A stretch of DNA of 64,000 nucleotides from an uncultured Pelagibacteraceae bacterium (GCA_902625125.1 CACOAB010000003.1:4849-68848); one strand, 5' to 3'; positions 50,153-60,135 are shown, counted from the stretch's first letter. Numbers and translations are program-made. The notes: a model not told the origin generated them from the letters alone.

Positions 50153-51565
50153 ATGAATTTTAAAAGAATTAGTTTTTATCTAAGCCTTTTTTGTTTTCCA
50201 GTAAGTTTTCTCTCATTTATAAATATTTTATATGCTTCATATTTTGATTTTTTTTTAAGTATTAACACATATTTTATAACGTTATTAATTTCATTTTCGC
50301 TTGGTTTGTGTCTTTTATTTTTTGGAAAAGATAGTGAAAAAAATATAAATTTTATTGAACAATTGACTCTAATTATTTGTACGTACGTTTTAATTTCTAT
50401 TTTAATATCAATACCTTTTTATTTAAGTAATTATCAAGTTACATTTTTAGATTCTATATTTGAGTCCATCTCAGGCTTGACAGGTACAGGATTTACAATT
50501 TTTAAAGATATAAAATACCTAGATCCGACTTTAATTCTTTGGAGATCTTCTTCTCAATGGATAGGTGGATTATTTTTTTTATTTTTTTTATTGATAATTT
50601 TTTCGAATAAATCATTTAATTATAAAATGACTAATCTAACTTATTCAGGAGAGAATAATTTCAATTCTGAAGATAATATTAAAGATAATTTATTAAGAAT
50701 ATTTATAATATATTCTATACTTAGTATTGTAATTTTAAGTTTATTAAACTTATCAGGTGTCAGGTTATTTAATTCATTGAATTTAAGCATGACATTAATT
50801 TCTGGCGGAGGTTTTCTCCCAATAGGTGATTTAGGTAAAATTATTTCAACAAATTTTCAAAAGATTATTCTAATTTTTTCATTTATTGTATCTTTAGTCA
50901 ATTTTTATTTACCTTTTAATATTTTTAACAAAAATATTCTAATCAAAGATCATAGAGAAGATTTTTATTTATTGATGTTGTCTATTATATTTTGCTGTTT
51001 GATATATTTTAATGATTACACTGGTCTAGATATCATTGTAAGTGTTACAAGCAGTTTAGCTAACTCAGGGCTTACGTTGATGAAGTCGGATAATAACTTG
51101 AGTTTATATTTCTTGTTAATTACAATTATTGGGGGATCTTTAATTTCAAATACATCTGGAATTAAAATAACTAGATTTTATATCTTATTAAAGATTACTT
51201 CTTTAGAAATTATTAAACTTATAAGTCCTAATAGTATTATAAATAAAACAATATTTGGATCAGATAAAAAAATATCAGAAGATCATGTTAAAATATCTTT
51301 CCTGATATTTATTTCTTTTTTTTTAAGTCTTTTTATTTTATCAAGTTTTTTGGTCGTTGATAATATTGGCTTTGAGAAATCATTTAAATTATCGATATTA
51401 ACTTTAACGAATACTGTAAATTCTGAAATGTTTAATATGCAAAATCTAAATTTTATTAATCTATTAACATCTTCAAAAATTAGTTTAATTTTATTTATGA
51501 TAATTGGAAAAATTGAGCTAATATCATTTTTTTTAATTTTCAAAAAAATATTATTTAAAGATTAA
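50153..51565 (+). CDS. trkH: TrkH-family potassium uptake membrane protein (divergent)
   Basis: FESISGLTGTG, LWRSSSQWIGG, SGGGF, SGIKI and MIIGKIE motifs; follows trkA. Confidence 0.85.
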   Translation: MNFKRISFYLSLFCFPVSFLSFINILYASYFDFFLSINTYFITLLISFSLGLCLLFFGKDSEKNINFIEQLTLIICTYVLISILISIPFYLSNYQVTFLDSIFESISGLTGTGFTIFKDIKYLDPTLILWRSSSQWIGGLFFLFFLLIIFSNKSFNYKMTNLTYSGENNFNSEDNIKDNLLRIFIIYSILSIVILSLLNLSGVRLFNSLNLSMTLISGGGFLPIGDLGKIISTNFQKIILIFSFIVSLVNFYLPFNIFNKNILIKDHREDFYLLMLSIIFCCLIYFNDYTGLDIIVSVTSSLANSGLTLMKSDNNLSLYFLLITIIGGSLISNTSGIKITRFYILLKITSLEIIKLISPNSIINKTIFGSDKKISEDHVKISFLIFISFFLSLFILSSFLVVDNIGFEKSFKLSILTLTNTVNSEMFNMQNLNFINLLTSSKISLILFMIIGKIELISFFLIFKKILFKD

Positions 51566-52611
51566 TGTCAAAAATTGTAATTATTGGTGCAGGTGCTATG
51601 GGTTCAGCTTTTGCTTTACCATGCTTAGATAACAATCATGATATTAATATTGTCGGAACTCATCTAGAAAACGAATTCATTGATCTACTTAATAAAAACA
51701 ATAATTTACATCCAGCACTAAATACTGAAATTCCTAAAGAAATTAAAATTCATAAATTTGAAAAATTTGACGAGTTAATGAAAACAAATGTTGATTTAAT
51801 CGTGCTAGGCATTAGTTCCAAAGGAATAGAGTGGGCAGCTGATCAGTTAAGTAGAATTTATAATAAAGACAAAATTCCAAAATTGTTGATGTTAACAAAA
51901 GGTCTAAGCATTCATAATAATCAATATGAATTATTAGTGGATAAGCTTGAAAGATTATTAGAGGACAGAGGAATTAAACAAGTAGATATTTCAGCTGTTG
52001 GTGGACCGTGTTTAGCAGCAGGCTTAGCCAATAGAGTACATAGTAGTGTTGTGATTGCCAACAAAGATATTCAAACTGCAAAAAAAATAGCAGATATGCT
52101 TAACACTAGTTATTATCACACATCTTATTCAAGTGATTTAAATGGGGTTGAAGTTTCTGCAGCAATTAAAAATATTTTTTCAATGGCTGTAGGTGCTTCA
52201 AAAGGTTTATGTAGTAAAAATGTTTCTAATGAAGTTAGAGAAAAAAATTATTTAAACACAGCTTCTGCTTTAATTAAGCAATCAATATATGAGATGGAAA
52301 TTTTTGTTGAGCATTTAAAAGGAAAAAAGGAAACTGTAAAAGGGTTAGCAGGTTTAGGTGATCTTTATGTTAGTTCTGGTGGCGGAAGAAATGCAAAAAT
52401 GGGATTTTATATTGGTGAAGGACTAACTTTTTCAGAAGCTAAAAAAACTAAGATGGAAAAAGTTACAGTCGAAGGAGCTGATTTAGCAAAGGAAATTGCA
52501 AAAAAAGTAAATGAAGATTTTAATTTAAAAAAATTACCTTTAATGCTTGGGATGATCAATGCTATTGTAAATGATAAAAAACTTGAATTAGATTGGGAGT
52601 CTTTTAGATAA
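51565..52611 (+). CDS. gpsA: NAD(P)-dependent glycerol-3-phosphate dehydrogenase family protein (atypical GpsA)
   Basis: GAGAMG Rossmann motif, TKG, GGP, GVE..AAIKN (catalytic Lys), GLAGLGDL, GRN and VEG. Confidence 0.8.
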   Translation: MSKIVIIGAGAMGSAFALPCLDNNHDINIVGTHLENEFIDLLNKNNNLHPALNTEIPKEIKIHKFEKFDELMKTNVDLIVLGISSKGIEWAADQLSRIYNKDKIPKLLMLTKGLSIHNNQYELLVDKLERLLEDRGIKQVDISAVGGPCLAAGLANRVHSSVVIANKDIQTAKKIADMLNTSYYHTSYSSDLNGVEVSAAIKNIFSMAVGASKGLCSKNVSNEVREKNYLNTASALIKQSIYEMEIFVEHLKGKKETVKGLAGLGDLYVSSGGGRNAKMGFYIGEGLTFSEAKKTKMEKVTVEGADLAKEIAKKVNEDFNLKKLPLMLGMINAIVNDKKLELDWESFR

Positions 52612-54092
52612 TGAAAAAATTTATAATTTCTATTGATGCCGGTACTACTTCCAACAGGTCCATCCTTTTTGATTTAAAAGGTAAGCCAATCTATTCCTCA
52701 CAAAAAGAATTTACCCAATATTTTCCAAAAAGTGGATGGGTAGAACATAATCCTGAGGAGATATGGAAAACAACTCTAAAAACTCTAAAAGATGTAATTA
52801 AAAAATCAAAAAGACTAAGAGGTGAGATTTTAAGCATAGGTATAACAAATCAAAGAGAAACAACTGTCTTATGGGATAAGAAAACTGGCAAGCCTGTTTA
52901 CAATGCAATAGTTTGGCAAGATCGTAGACAAGAAGAGTTTTGTAAGAAATTAAGAAAACAAAATAAAGATACGATGATTTTTAATAAAACAGGTCTTTTA
53001 ATTGACTCCTATTTTTCTGGTACAAAAATTAAATGGATTTTAGATAATGTTTCTAAAGCGAGACAGTTGATGAACAGAAAACAATTGTTATTTGGAACAA
53101 TTGATAGCTTTTTAATTTGGAGATTAACTAGAGGAAAAGTTCACGCGACAGACGCAACAAATGCAAGCAGAACAATGATTTATAATATAAGCTCAAATAA
53201 ATGGGACGATACAATTTTGAATATATTAAAGATAAAAAAGCATATTCTTCCTATAGTAAAAGACTGTGCTGATGATTATGGTCAAACACATACCTCTATT
53301 ACAGGAAAATCTATTCCTATAAATGGTGTAGTAGGTGACCAGCAATCAGCTACAATTGGCCAGTGTTGTTTTGAACCAGGATCTCTAAAGAGCACATACG
53401 GTACTGGTGCATTTGTTTTATTAAATACTGGCAATAAAAAAATTTACTCTAAAAATAGATTGTTAACTACAATCGCTTATAGAATTAATGGGAAAACAAC
53501 TTATGCAATGGAAGGATCAATTTTTATTGCAGGTGCAGGAGTTCAATGGTTAAGGGATAGGATGAAGTTCTTTAAAAAAGCACCTGAAACAGAGAAGATC
53601 GTTAAGTCTTTAAAAGATAATAATAATATTTATTTAGTTCCAGCTTTTACAGGGTTAGGTGCTCCTCACTGGGATGCAAATGCAAGAGGTGTATTGAGTG
53701 GAATTACAAGAGATACAAGTCCTAAAGAGATTGTCAGAGCTACAATAGAAGCCGTTGCTTATCAAACATATGATTTGTTTGAAGCTATGAAACATGATGG
53801 TTTAAGACCAAAAATAGTTAAAGTTGATGGTGGAATGGTGATGAATAATTGGTTTTCACAATTTTTATCTGACATAATTAATGTAAAAGTATTACGACCA
53901 AAAGTTCAGGAAACCACTGCACTAGGAGCCGCATTTATGGCAGGTTTACAAATCGGAGTTTATAAGTCTCTGAAAGATATTTCTAAAAATTGGAACCTAG
54001 ATAAAAATTTCTCTCCTAAAATGAAAAATTCCTTAAGAAATAAACTTTTAAGGGGTTGGGCAACAGCTATCAAAAGAACATTAACCTTTTAA
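52611..54092 (+). CDS. glpK: Glycerol kinase
   Basis: DAGTTS, GITNQRETT, NAIVWQDRR, TDATNASRT, GDQQ, KSTYGTG and VPAFTGLGAPHW motifs. Confidence 0.97.
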   Translation: MKKFIISIDAGTTSNRSILFDLKGKPIYSSQKEFTQYFPKSGWVEHNPEEIWKTTLKTLKDVIKKSKRLRGEILSIGITNQRETTVLWDKKTGKPVYNAIVWQDRRQEEFCKKLRKQNKDTMIFNKTGLLIDSYFSGTKIKWILDNVSKARQLMNRKQLLFGTIDSFLIWRLTRGKVHATDATNASRTMIYNISSNKWDDTILNILKIKKHILPIVKDCADDYGQTHTSITGKSIPINGVVGDQQSATIGQCCFEPGSLKSTYGTGAFVLLNTGNKKIYSKNRLLTTIAYRINGKTTYAMEGSIFIAGAGVQWLRDRMKFFKKAPETEKIVKSLKDNNNIYLVPAFTGLGAPHWDANARGVLSGITRDTSPKEIVRATIEAVAYQTYDLFEAMKHDGLRPKIVKVDGGMVMNNWFSQFLSDIINVKVLRPKVQETTALGAAFMAGLQIGVYKSLKDISKNWNLDKNFSPKMKNSLRNKLLRGWATAIKRTLTF

Positions 54093-54193
54093 CACACCCA
54101 CTGGTTGTAATTATTGTCAATAAATCCCTGTACACTTTAAGCATTTTTTGTTTCAATAACTCATCATTAAAAACAACAATGGGGGAAATAACA

Positions 54194-55924
54194 ATGTTTA
54201 AAACATTAAAAACTTTCTTGGCTGTTGCTGTTTCATTTTCAATCGTAACTATTTCTAGTGCTTTTGCAGACGGTCACATGGCTGCAATCAAGAAATGGTC
54301 TAATGGAGAATTTAGTCTTTCAACTTTATCTGCAAAAGAGAGAGAGAAAGAACTAGAGTGGTTCTACAATGCCGCAAAGCCATTCAAAGGAATGTCTATT
54401 AAAGTATTGTCCGAAACTATTCCAACGCACGAGTATGAGTCAAAAGTTTTAACAAAAGCTTTTGAGGAAATTACTGGGATTAAAGTTAATCACCAGTTAC
54501 TTGGTGAAGGTGATGTAGTAATGGCTGTTCAAACACAAATGCAAACTAACGTAAGTATTTATGATGCGTACATTAATGACTCAGATTTGATTGGTACTCA
54601 CGCTAGAATGCAACAAGCAGTTAACTTAACAAAATGGATGGCTGGAGAAGGTAAAGACGTAACTTTACCGACTTTAGATATAAACGATTTCATAGGAAAA
54701 CAGTTTACAACTGGCCCTGATGGAGATTTATATCAATTGCCAGACCAACAATTTGCTAACCTTTATTGGTTTAGAAAAGATTGGTTTGATAGACCTGAAA
54801 TTAAAAAAGGTTTTAAAGCGAAATATGGATACGACTTAGGTGTTCCTTTAAACTGGTCTGCTTATGAAGATATCGCTAAATATTTTTCAGAAGATGTGAA
54901 GAATATTGACGGTGTTAGAATATATGGACATATGGACTACGGTAAAAGAGCTCCTGACTTAGGTTGGAGAATGACTGACGCGTGGTTATCTATGGCTGGA
55001 GCAGGTGACGTTGGAAAACCTAATGGAATACCAGTGGATGAATGGGGAATAAGAATGGAAAAAGGTTCTTGTAACCCAGTTGGAGCTTCTGTAACAAGAG
55101 GAGGAGCTGCTAATGGTCCAGCTGCAGTATACGCAATCAGAAAATGGGATGAGTGGTTAAGAAACTATGCACCTCCAGGTGCAGCGGCTATGGACTTTTA
55201 TCAGTCTTTACCGTCTTTATCTTCTGGAAACGTTGCTCAGCAAATTTTCTGGTACACAGCGTTCACAGCTTCTTTAGTAGGAAAAAATCCTAACAATAAA
55301 GTTGTTGACTCTAACGGTAAACCGTTATGGAGAATGGGTCCATCACCAAAAGGACCTTATTGGGAAGAAGGCATGAAGCTTGGATATCAAGATGCTGGAT
55401 CATGGACTTTATTCAAGTCTACACCAGTTAAAAATAGAAAAGCTGCATGGTTGTATGCTCAATTCGTTGTATCAAAAACAGTAGACCTTAAGAAAAGTCA
55501 CGTTGGTTTAACTATCATAAGAGATAGTTCAATCGATCATAAATCATTTACTGAAAGAGCAGGTGATTTAGGTGGACTTGTTGAGTTCTACAGATCAAAC
55601 AACAGAAATATTTGGTCGCCAACTGGTGTAAACGTTCCGGATTATCCGAAACTAGCACAAATCTGGTGGCAACAAATTGGAGATGTAAACTCAGGTGCGT
55701 TTACTCCACAACAAGCTATGGATCGTCTTGCAGAAGAGATGGACTTAGTTATGTCTCGTATGGAAGCTGCTGACAAAGGTAGCAATGCATACGGTGGATG
55801 TGGACCAAGACTTAATAAACCAAGAGAAGCTTCTTACTGGTTAAATAAGAAAGGTTCACCAAAAGCTAAACGTAATGAGAAACCTCAAGGAAAAACTGTT
55901 CCATACGCGAAAGCTTGGAAATAG
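54194..55924 (+). CDS. glpV: Glycerol ABC transporter substrate-binding protein (GlpV-type)
   Basis: Start at ATG 54194 after GGGGGA Shine-Dalgarno; signal peptide ending AFA-D; SETIPTHEYES, QLPDQQFANLYWFR, GHMDYGK, GYQDAGSWT and TGVNVPDYPKLAQ motifs; glpK context. Confidence 0.85.
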   Translation: MFKTLKTFLAVAVSFSIVTISSAFADGHMAAIKKWSNGEFSLSTLSAKEREKELEWFYNAAKPFKGMSIKVLSETIPTHEYESKVLTKAFEEITGIKVNHQLLGEGDVVMAVQTQMQTNVSIYDAYINDSDLIGTHARMQQAVNLTKWMAGEGKDVTLPTLDINDFIGKQFTTGPDGDLYQLPDQQFANLYWFRKDWFDRPEIKKGFKAKYGYDLGVPLNWSAYEDIAKYFSEDVKNIDGVRIYGHMDYGKRAPDLGWRMTDAWLSMAGAGDVGKPNGIPVDEWGIRMEKGSCNPVGASVTRGGAANGPAAVYAIRKWDEWLRNYAPPGAAAMDFYQSLPSLSSGNVAQQIFWYTAFTASLVGKNPNNKVVDSNGKPLWRMGPSPKGPYWEEGMKLGYQDAGSWTLFKSTPVKNRKAAWLYAQFVVSKTVDLKKSHVGLTIIRDSSIDHKSFTERAGDLGGLVEFYRSNNRNIWSPTGVNVPDYPKLAQIWWQQIGDVNSGAFTPQQAMDRLAEEMDLVMSRMEAADKGSNAYGGCGPRLNKPREASYWLNKKGSPKAKRNEKPQGKTVPYAKAWK

Positions 55925-55944
55925 TCAGAGGTTAATCTAAATTG

Positions 55945-55974
55945 AAAAGGGGGCACTTGCTGCCCCCTTTTTTT
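55945..55974 (+). terminator. Intrinsic terminator / mRNA-stabilising hairpin after the binding-protein gene
   Basis: AAAA GGGGGCA CTTGC TGCCCCC TTTTTTT. Confidence 0.88.
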
Positions 55975-55992
55975 AAAACTAAATTTTAAATT

Positions 55993-57057
55993 ATGAGTCT
56001 AGAATTAAAAAATGTAGAAAAAAAAGTTGGAATTGACACTCATATTTATCCTACGAATCTTAAATTAGAAAAAAATACTATTAATGTACTTCTTGGTTCA
56101 ACATTAGCCGGTAAGACAACTTTAATGCAAATAATGGCAGGTTTAGACAAACCAACTTCTGGCGAGATATGGTTTAATGAGAAAAATGTTACAGGTATGA
56201 AGGTTCAAAAAAGAAATTGCTCCATGGTTTATCAGCAATTTATAAATTATCCTAATTACACAGTTTATGAAAATATTGCATCACCTTTAGCGATAACTGG
56301 AATTAAAGAAGATGAGATTAAACAAAGAGTAGGCAAAGTAGCTGAACTTTTAAAATTATCAGCAATGCTCAATAAAAAACCTAATGAATTATCAGGAGGA
56401 CAACAACAAAGAACAGCTTTAGCAAGAGCCCTAGTGAAAGACTCTGACTTAATTTTATTAGATGAACCTTTGGCCAACTTAGACTTTAAGTTAAGAGAGG
56501 AGTTGAGAGAAGAATTGCCAAAATTGTTTGAAGATAGAGACTGTATTGTTGTTTATGCAACAACAGAACCATCTGATGCTTTAATGATAGGAGGAAACAC
56601 AGCAACAATATTAGAAGGCAAAGTAATTCAATATGGAAAAACTTTAGAAGTTTACAATAAACCTGAAAACTTAATTTCAGCCAAAGTTTTTAGTGATCCA
56701 CCAATGAACATCGCTGAAATTACAAAAAGTGGAGATAATTGTAAATTTACAGATAATAATGTTCAATGGAAACCATCAGTTAAAATTAAGGATGGTACTT
56801 ATAAAATAGGTATAAGACCTCATAATATTACTACTTATAAAGAGGGAAATAACTCAGTTGAAATTGATGGTAAAGTTCAAATTTCTGAACTTAGTGGATC
56901 AGAAAGTTTAATTCACTTTACAAATGGAAATTTAAACTGGGTTTCATTATCTAATGGAACTCAACAAAAAAATGTTGGAGAAAATACTAAATTATATATG
57001 AACACAGATGAGTTTTTATATTTTGATCAAAATAACAGATTGGTAAAAAATGGCTAA
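55993..57057 (+). CDS. glpS: Glycerol ABC transporter ATPase 1 (GlpS-type)
   Basis: GSTLAGKT, MVYQQFINYP, LSGGQQQR, LDEPLANLDFKLREELR and YATTEP motifs. Confidence 0.82.
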   Translation: MSLELKNVEKKVGIDTHIYPTNLKLEKNTINVLLGSTLAGKTTLMQIMAGLDKPTSGEIWFNEKNVTGMKVQKRNCSMVYQQFINYPNYTVYENIASPLAITGIKEDEIKQRVGKVAELLKLSAMLNKKPNELSGGQQQRTALARALVKDSDLILLDEPLANLDFKLREELREELPKLFEDRDCIVVYATTEPSDALMIGGNTATILEGKVIQYGKTLEVYNKPENLISAKVFSDPPMNIAEITKSGDNCKFTDNNVQWKPSVKIKDGTYKIGIRPHNITTYKEGNNSVEIDGKVQISELSGSESLIHFTNGNLNWVSLSNGTQQKNVGENTKLYMNTDEFLYFDQNNRLVKNG

Positions 57058-58114
57058 AATAACCTTAAAAGATTTGAGTCACAGTTATTTAGATAAGCAG
57101 AATAGTGATTCTGATTGGGCCTTGAGAGATGTAAATATTGATTGGAAAGACGGTGGAGCATATGCACTTTTAGGTCCATCTGGATGTGGAAAAACAACTT
57201 TATTAAATATTGTTTCAGGTTTGTTAAAACCAACAAAAGGCAATGTTTTGTTTGATGACGAGGACATGACATTACTAAATCCTGTGGAAAGAGATATTGC
57301 GCAGATATTCCAGTTCCCAGTTATTTATGACACCATGTCTGTTTATGACAACCTAGCTTTTCCATTAAAAAATAGAGGCCTTTCAGACTCAGCAGTTGCA
57401 TCTAAAGTTAAAGAAATTGCTGAGATGCTTGAATTAACATCTACACTAAATAATAGAGCATCAGGTTTAACAGCTGACGGAAAACAAAAAATCTCATTAG
57501 GTAGAGGACTTGTTAGATCAGACGTAAACGTAATTATGTTTGATGAACCTTTGACTGTAATAGACCCTCACTTAAAATGGGTTCTAAGATCTAAATTAAA
57601 GGAGTTACATCAAAAAATTAACCGTACAATGATTTATGTTACACACGATCAAACAGAAGCTTTAACTTTTGCTGATCAAGTTGTTGTTATGCATGAGGGT
57701 CAAATTGTTCAAACTGGAACTCCTGTTGAACTATTTGAGAAACCTAGACACACATTCGTTGGACATTTTATTGGCTCACCTGGCATGAATATACTTCCTT
57801 GCGAAATTAAAAATGGAGAAATTAGTTTCAGTGGTCAAAAAATATCAAGTCACAAAACAATAAAAAATTCAAATTTTAAAAAAACACAAATAGGCATAAG
57901 ACCAGAGTTTATTAATTTTTCTAAGGATGGAATTCCAGTTAAAATTAAAAGAGTAAGTAATACAGGAAGACACAAAATTATTGATACAGAGTCTAATGGA
58001 GGAAATATCAAAATATTATCTAATGCATCTACTGAAATACCAAGTGGAGGTGCTCATATTACCTTTAATCAAAAATACACTTACGTCTACGGCGATAACT
58101 GGATCATAGAATAA
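57050..58114 (+). CDS. Glycerol ABC transporter ATPase 2 (rhizobial GlpT-type, not the E. coli GlpT antiporter)
   Basis: GPSGCGKT, FQFPVIY, LTADGKQKISLGRGLVR, DEPLTVIDPHLKW and YVTHDQ motifs. Confidence 0.82.
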   Translation: MAKITLKDLSHSYLDKQNSDSDWALRDVNIDWKDGGAYALLGPSGCGKTTLLNIVSGLLKPTKGNVLFDDEDMTLLNPVERDIAQIFQFPVIYDTMSVYDNLAFPLKNRGLSDSAVASKVKEIAEMLELTSTLNNRASGLTADGKQKISLGRGLVRSDVNVIMFDEPLTVIDPHLKWVLRSKLKELHQKINRTMIYVTHDQTEALTFADQVVVMHEGQIVQTGTPVELFEKPRHTFVGHFIGSPGMNILPCEIKNGEISFSGQKISSHKTIKNSNFKKTQIGIRPEFINFSKDGIPVKIKRVSNTGRHKIIDTESNGGNIKILSNASTEIPSGGAHITFNQKYTYVYGDNWIIE

Positions 58115-58980
58115 TGAATAAAACAATAAATCAAAAAGCTTGGTATTTTGTAATTCCTGTATTTGTTCTTGTAGCATTTAATGCAGCTATTCCTTTAATG
58201 ACTGTGGTCAATTACTCATTTCAAGAAACGTTTGGAAACAACGTATTTGCTTGGGAAGGGACGAGGTGGTTTAAACAAATTCTGTTATCTGAAAGATTCC
58301 ATGCTGCGTTAGGAAGACAATTTGCTTTTACTTTTATAATCCTTCTTATTCAAATACCTCTAGGTATTGGAATTGCTTTGACGATGCCAAAAAAAGGATG
58401 GGGTGTACCAGTTTGTTTAATTTTAATGTCTATGCCACTTCTTATACCTTGGAATGTTGTTGGTGCTATGTGGAATATATTTGCACTTCCAGATATTGGT
58501 TTTCTTGGCCATACATTAAACTCGGTAGGTTTTGATTATAATTTTACTCAACAACCCGGTGATGCATGGTTTACAACTATTCTTATGGATGTTTGGCACT
58601 GGACTTCTTTAGTTGTTCTTTTATCTTATGCAGGATTAAATTCAATCCAGCCAGCTTACTATCAAGCAGCTGAGATAGATGGCGCGAGTAGGTGGGCTAC
58701 TTTTAGATATATTGAACTACCAAAAATGAAAAAGGTTTTAACCTTAGCCATTCTACTTAGATTTATGGATAGTTTTATGATTTATACAGAACCATTTGTT
58801 TTGACTGGAGGTGGGCCAGGAAACACTACCGCATTCTTATCCATTGACTTAGTTAAAATGGCATTAGGTCAATTTGATTTAGGGCCAGCGGCAGCAATGT
58901 CTTTGATTTATTTCTTTATAGTTCTTTTAGTTTGTTGGGTATTTTATAATTTAATGATGAAAAATGAGGCGCAGTCATGA
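58114..58980 (+). CDS. Glycerol ABC transporter permease 1 (rhizobial GlpP-type)
   Basis: IPLMTVVNYS, DVWHWTSLV, EAA-like YQAAEIDGAS and TGGGPG motifs. Confidence 0.82.
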   Translation: MNKTINQKAWYFVIPVFVLVAFNAAIPLMTVVNYSFQETFGNNVFAWEGTRWFKQILLSERFHAALGRQFAFTFIILLIQIPLGIGIALTMPKKGWGVPVCLILMSMPLLIPWNVVGAMWNIFALPDIGFLGHTLNSVGFDYNFTQQPGDAWFTTILMDVWHWTSLVVLLSYAGLNSIQPAYYQAAEIDGASRWATFRYIELPKMKKVLTLAILLRFMDSFMIYTEPFVLTGGGPGNTTAFLSIDLVKMALGQFDLGPAAAMSLIYFFIVLLVCWVFYNLMMKNEAQS

Positions 58981-59777
58981 AAAAATATAAATGGTTAGTT
59001 CCTACATTATATATAATTTTTTTAATGCTCCCAATTTACTGGTTGATTAATATGTCTTTTAAAACCACTACTGAGATTATTAACACTTACTCGTTGTGGC
59101 CGCAAAAATTTACATTAGAAAATTACGTAAAAATATTCACCGATAGCACTTGGTACATGGGCTATGTTAATTCAATTACCTATACTGTATTTAATACTGT
59201 AATATCTGTTGCTGCAGCTTTGCCAGCTGCTTATGCTTTTTCTAGATATAAATTTTTAGGGGACAAACACTTATTCTTTTGGTTATTAACTAACAGAATG
59301 GCACCACCAGCAGTATTTGCGCTACCTTTTTTTCAGTTTTATTCATCAGTAAACTTGTTTGATACCCACATTGCAGTAGCATTGTCTCATTGTTTATTTA
59401 ACATTCCTCTTGCAGTTTGGATTCTGGAAGGATTTATGTCCGCGGTTCCTAAAGAACTTGATGAAACAGCTTATGTAGATGGATATTCATTTGGTAGGTT
59501 TTTCTTTAAGATATTTGTTCCTACAATTGCAGCTGGAATTGGAATAACAATGTTTTTCTGCTTCATGTTTTCTTGGGTAGAACTTTTATTAGCTAAAACA
59601 CTTACAGCAACAGCTGCAAAACCAATTGCAGCCACTATGACCAGAACTGCTAGCACCTCGGGATATGAACTTGGCTTATTGGCTGCGGCTGGAACGTTAA
59701 CAATTATTCCAGGAGCAATCGTAATTTACTTTGTTAAAAATTACATCGCTAAAGGATTTGCGATGGGAAGGGTTTAA
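58977..59777 (+). CDS. Glycerol ABC transporter permease 2 (rhizobial GlpQ-type)
   Basis: LPIYWL, KHLFFWLLTNRMAP and EAA-like LDETAYVDG motifs. Confidence 0.82.
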   Translation: MKKYKWLVPTLYIIFLMLPIYWLINMSFKTTTEIINTYSLWPQKFTLENYVKIFTDSTWYMGYVNSITYTVFNTVISVAAALPAAYAFSRYKFLGDKHLFFWLLTNRMAPPAVFALPFFQFYSSVNLFDTHIAVALSHCLFNIPLAVWILEGFMSAVPKELDETAYVDGYSFGRFFFKIFVPTIAAGIGITMFFCFMFSWVELLLAKTLTATAAKPIAATMTRTASTSGYELGLLAAAGTLTIIPGAIVIYFVKNYIAKGFAMGRV

Positions 59778-60130
59778 TGTTTACAAAACTATATGCAGCT
59801 ACATGGGGTGATGTCGGCAAGGCTAAAGAAAAAGGTTTTTTTGATTTTGACTTATTTTCATGGATGGCTTGGACATGGCAAACAGCTGCCTTTTTTATTT
59901 TTATAGCTTTATGTATAACAGTAATGCTTATTTGGGAAAAAAAAGTACCAGGCGGATCTCCAAGAAAAGGCGTTCTTGGTTTAGATACAACTAGGGGAGA
60001 CAGATTATTTGTTTCATTGTTAGGCAGTGCTTTTATTCACTTGGCTTGGCTAGGTCTTGTTGGCAGTCTCTTGTGGATAGCATCAATTATTTGTGTTGCT
60101 TATTTTGTTGTTGTATTTAAATACGTATAA
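59777..60130 (+). CDS. glpU: DUF2160 small integral membrane protein (GlpU-type)
   Basis: WMAWT and RKGVLGLDTTRGDRLFVSLLGSAFIHLAWL motifs. Confidence 0.85.
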   Translation: MFTKLYAATWGDVGKAKEKGFFDFDLFSWMAWTWQTAAFFIFIALCITVMLIWEKKVPGGSPRKGVLGLDTTRGDRLFVSLLGSAFIHLAWLGLVGSLLWIASIICVAYFVVVFKYV

Positions 60131-60135
60131 CAAAT

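Noticed and set aside
54056-54193. 46-aa N-terminal extension of the SBP in the ORF track
   Set aside because: The Shine-Dalgarno sequence and signal peptide point to ATG 54194.
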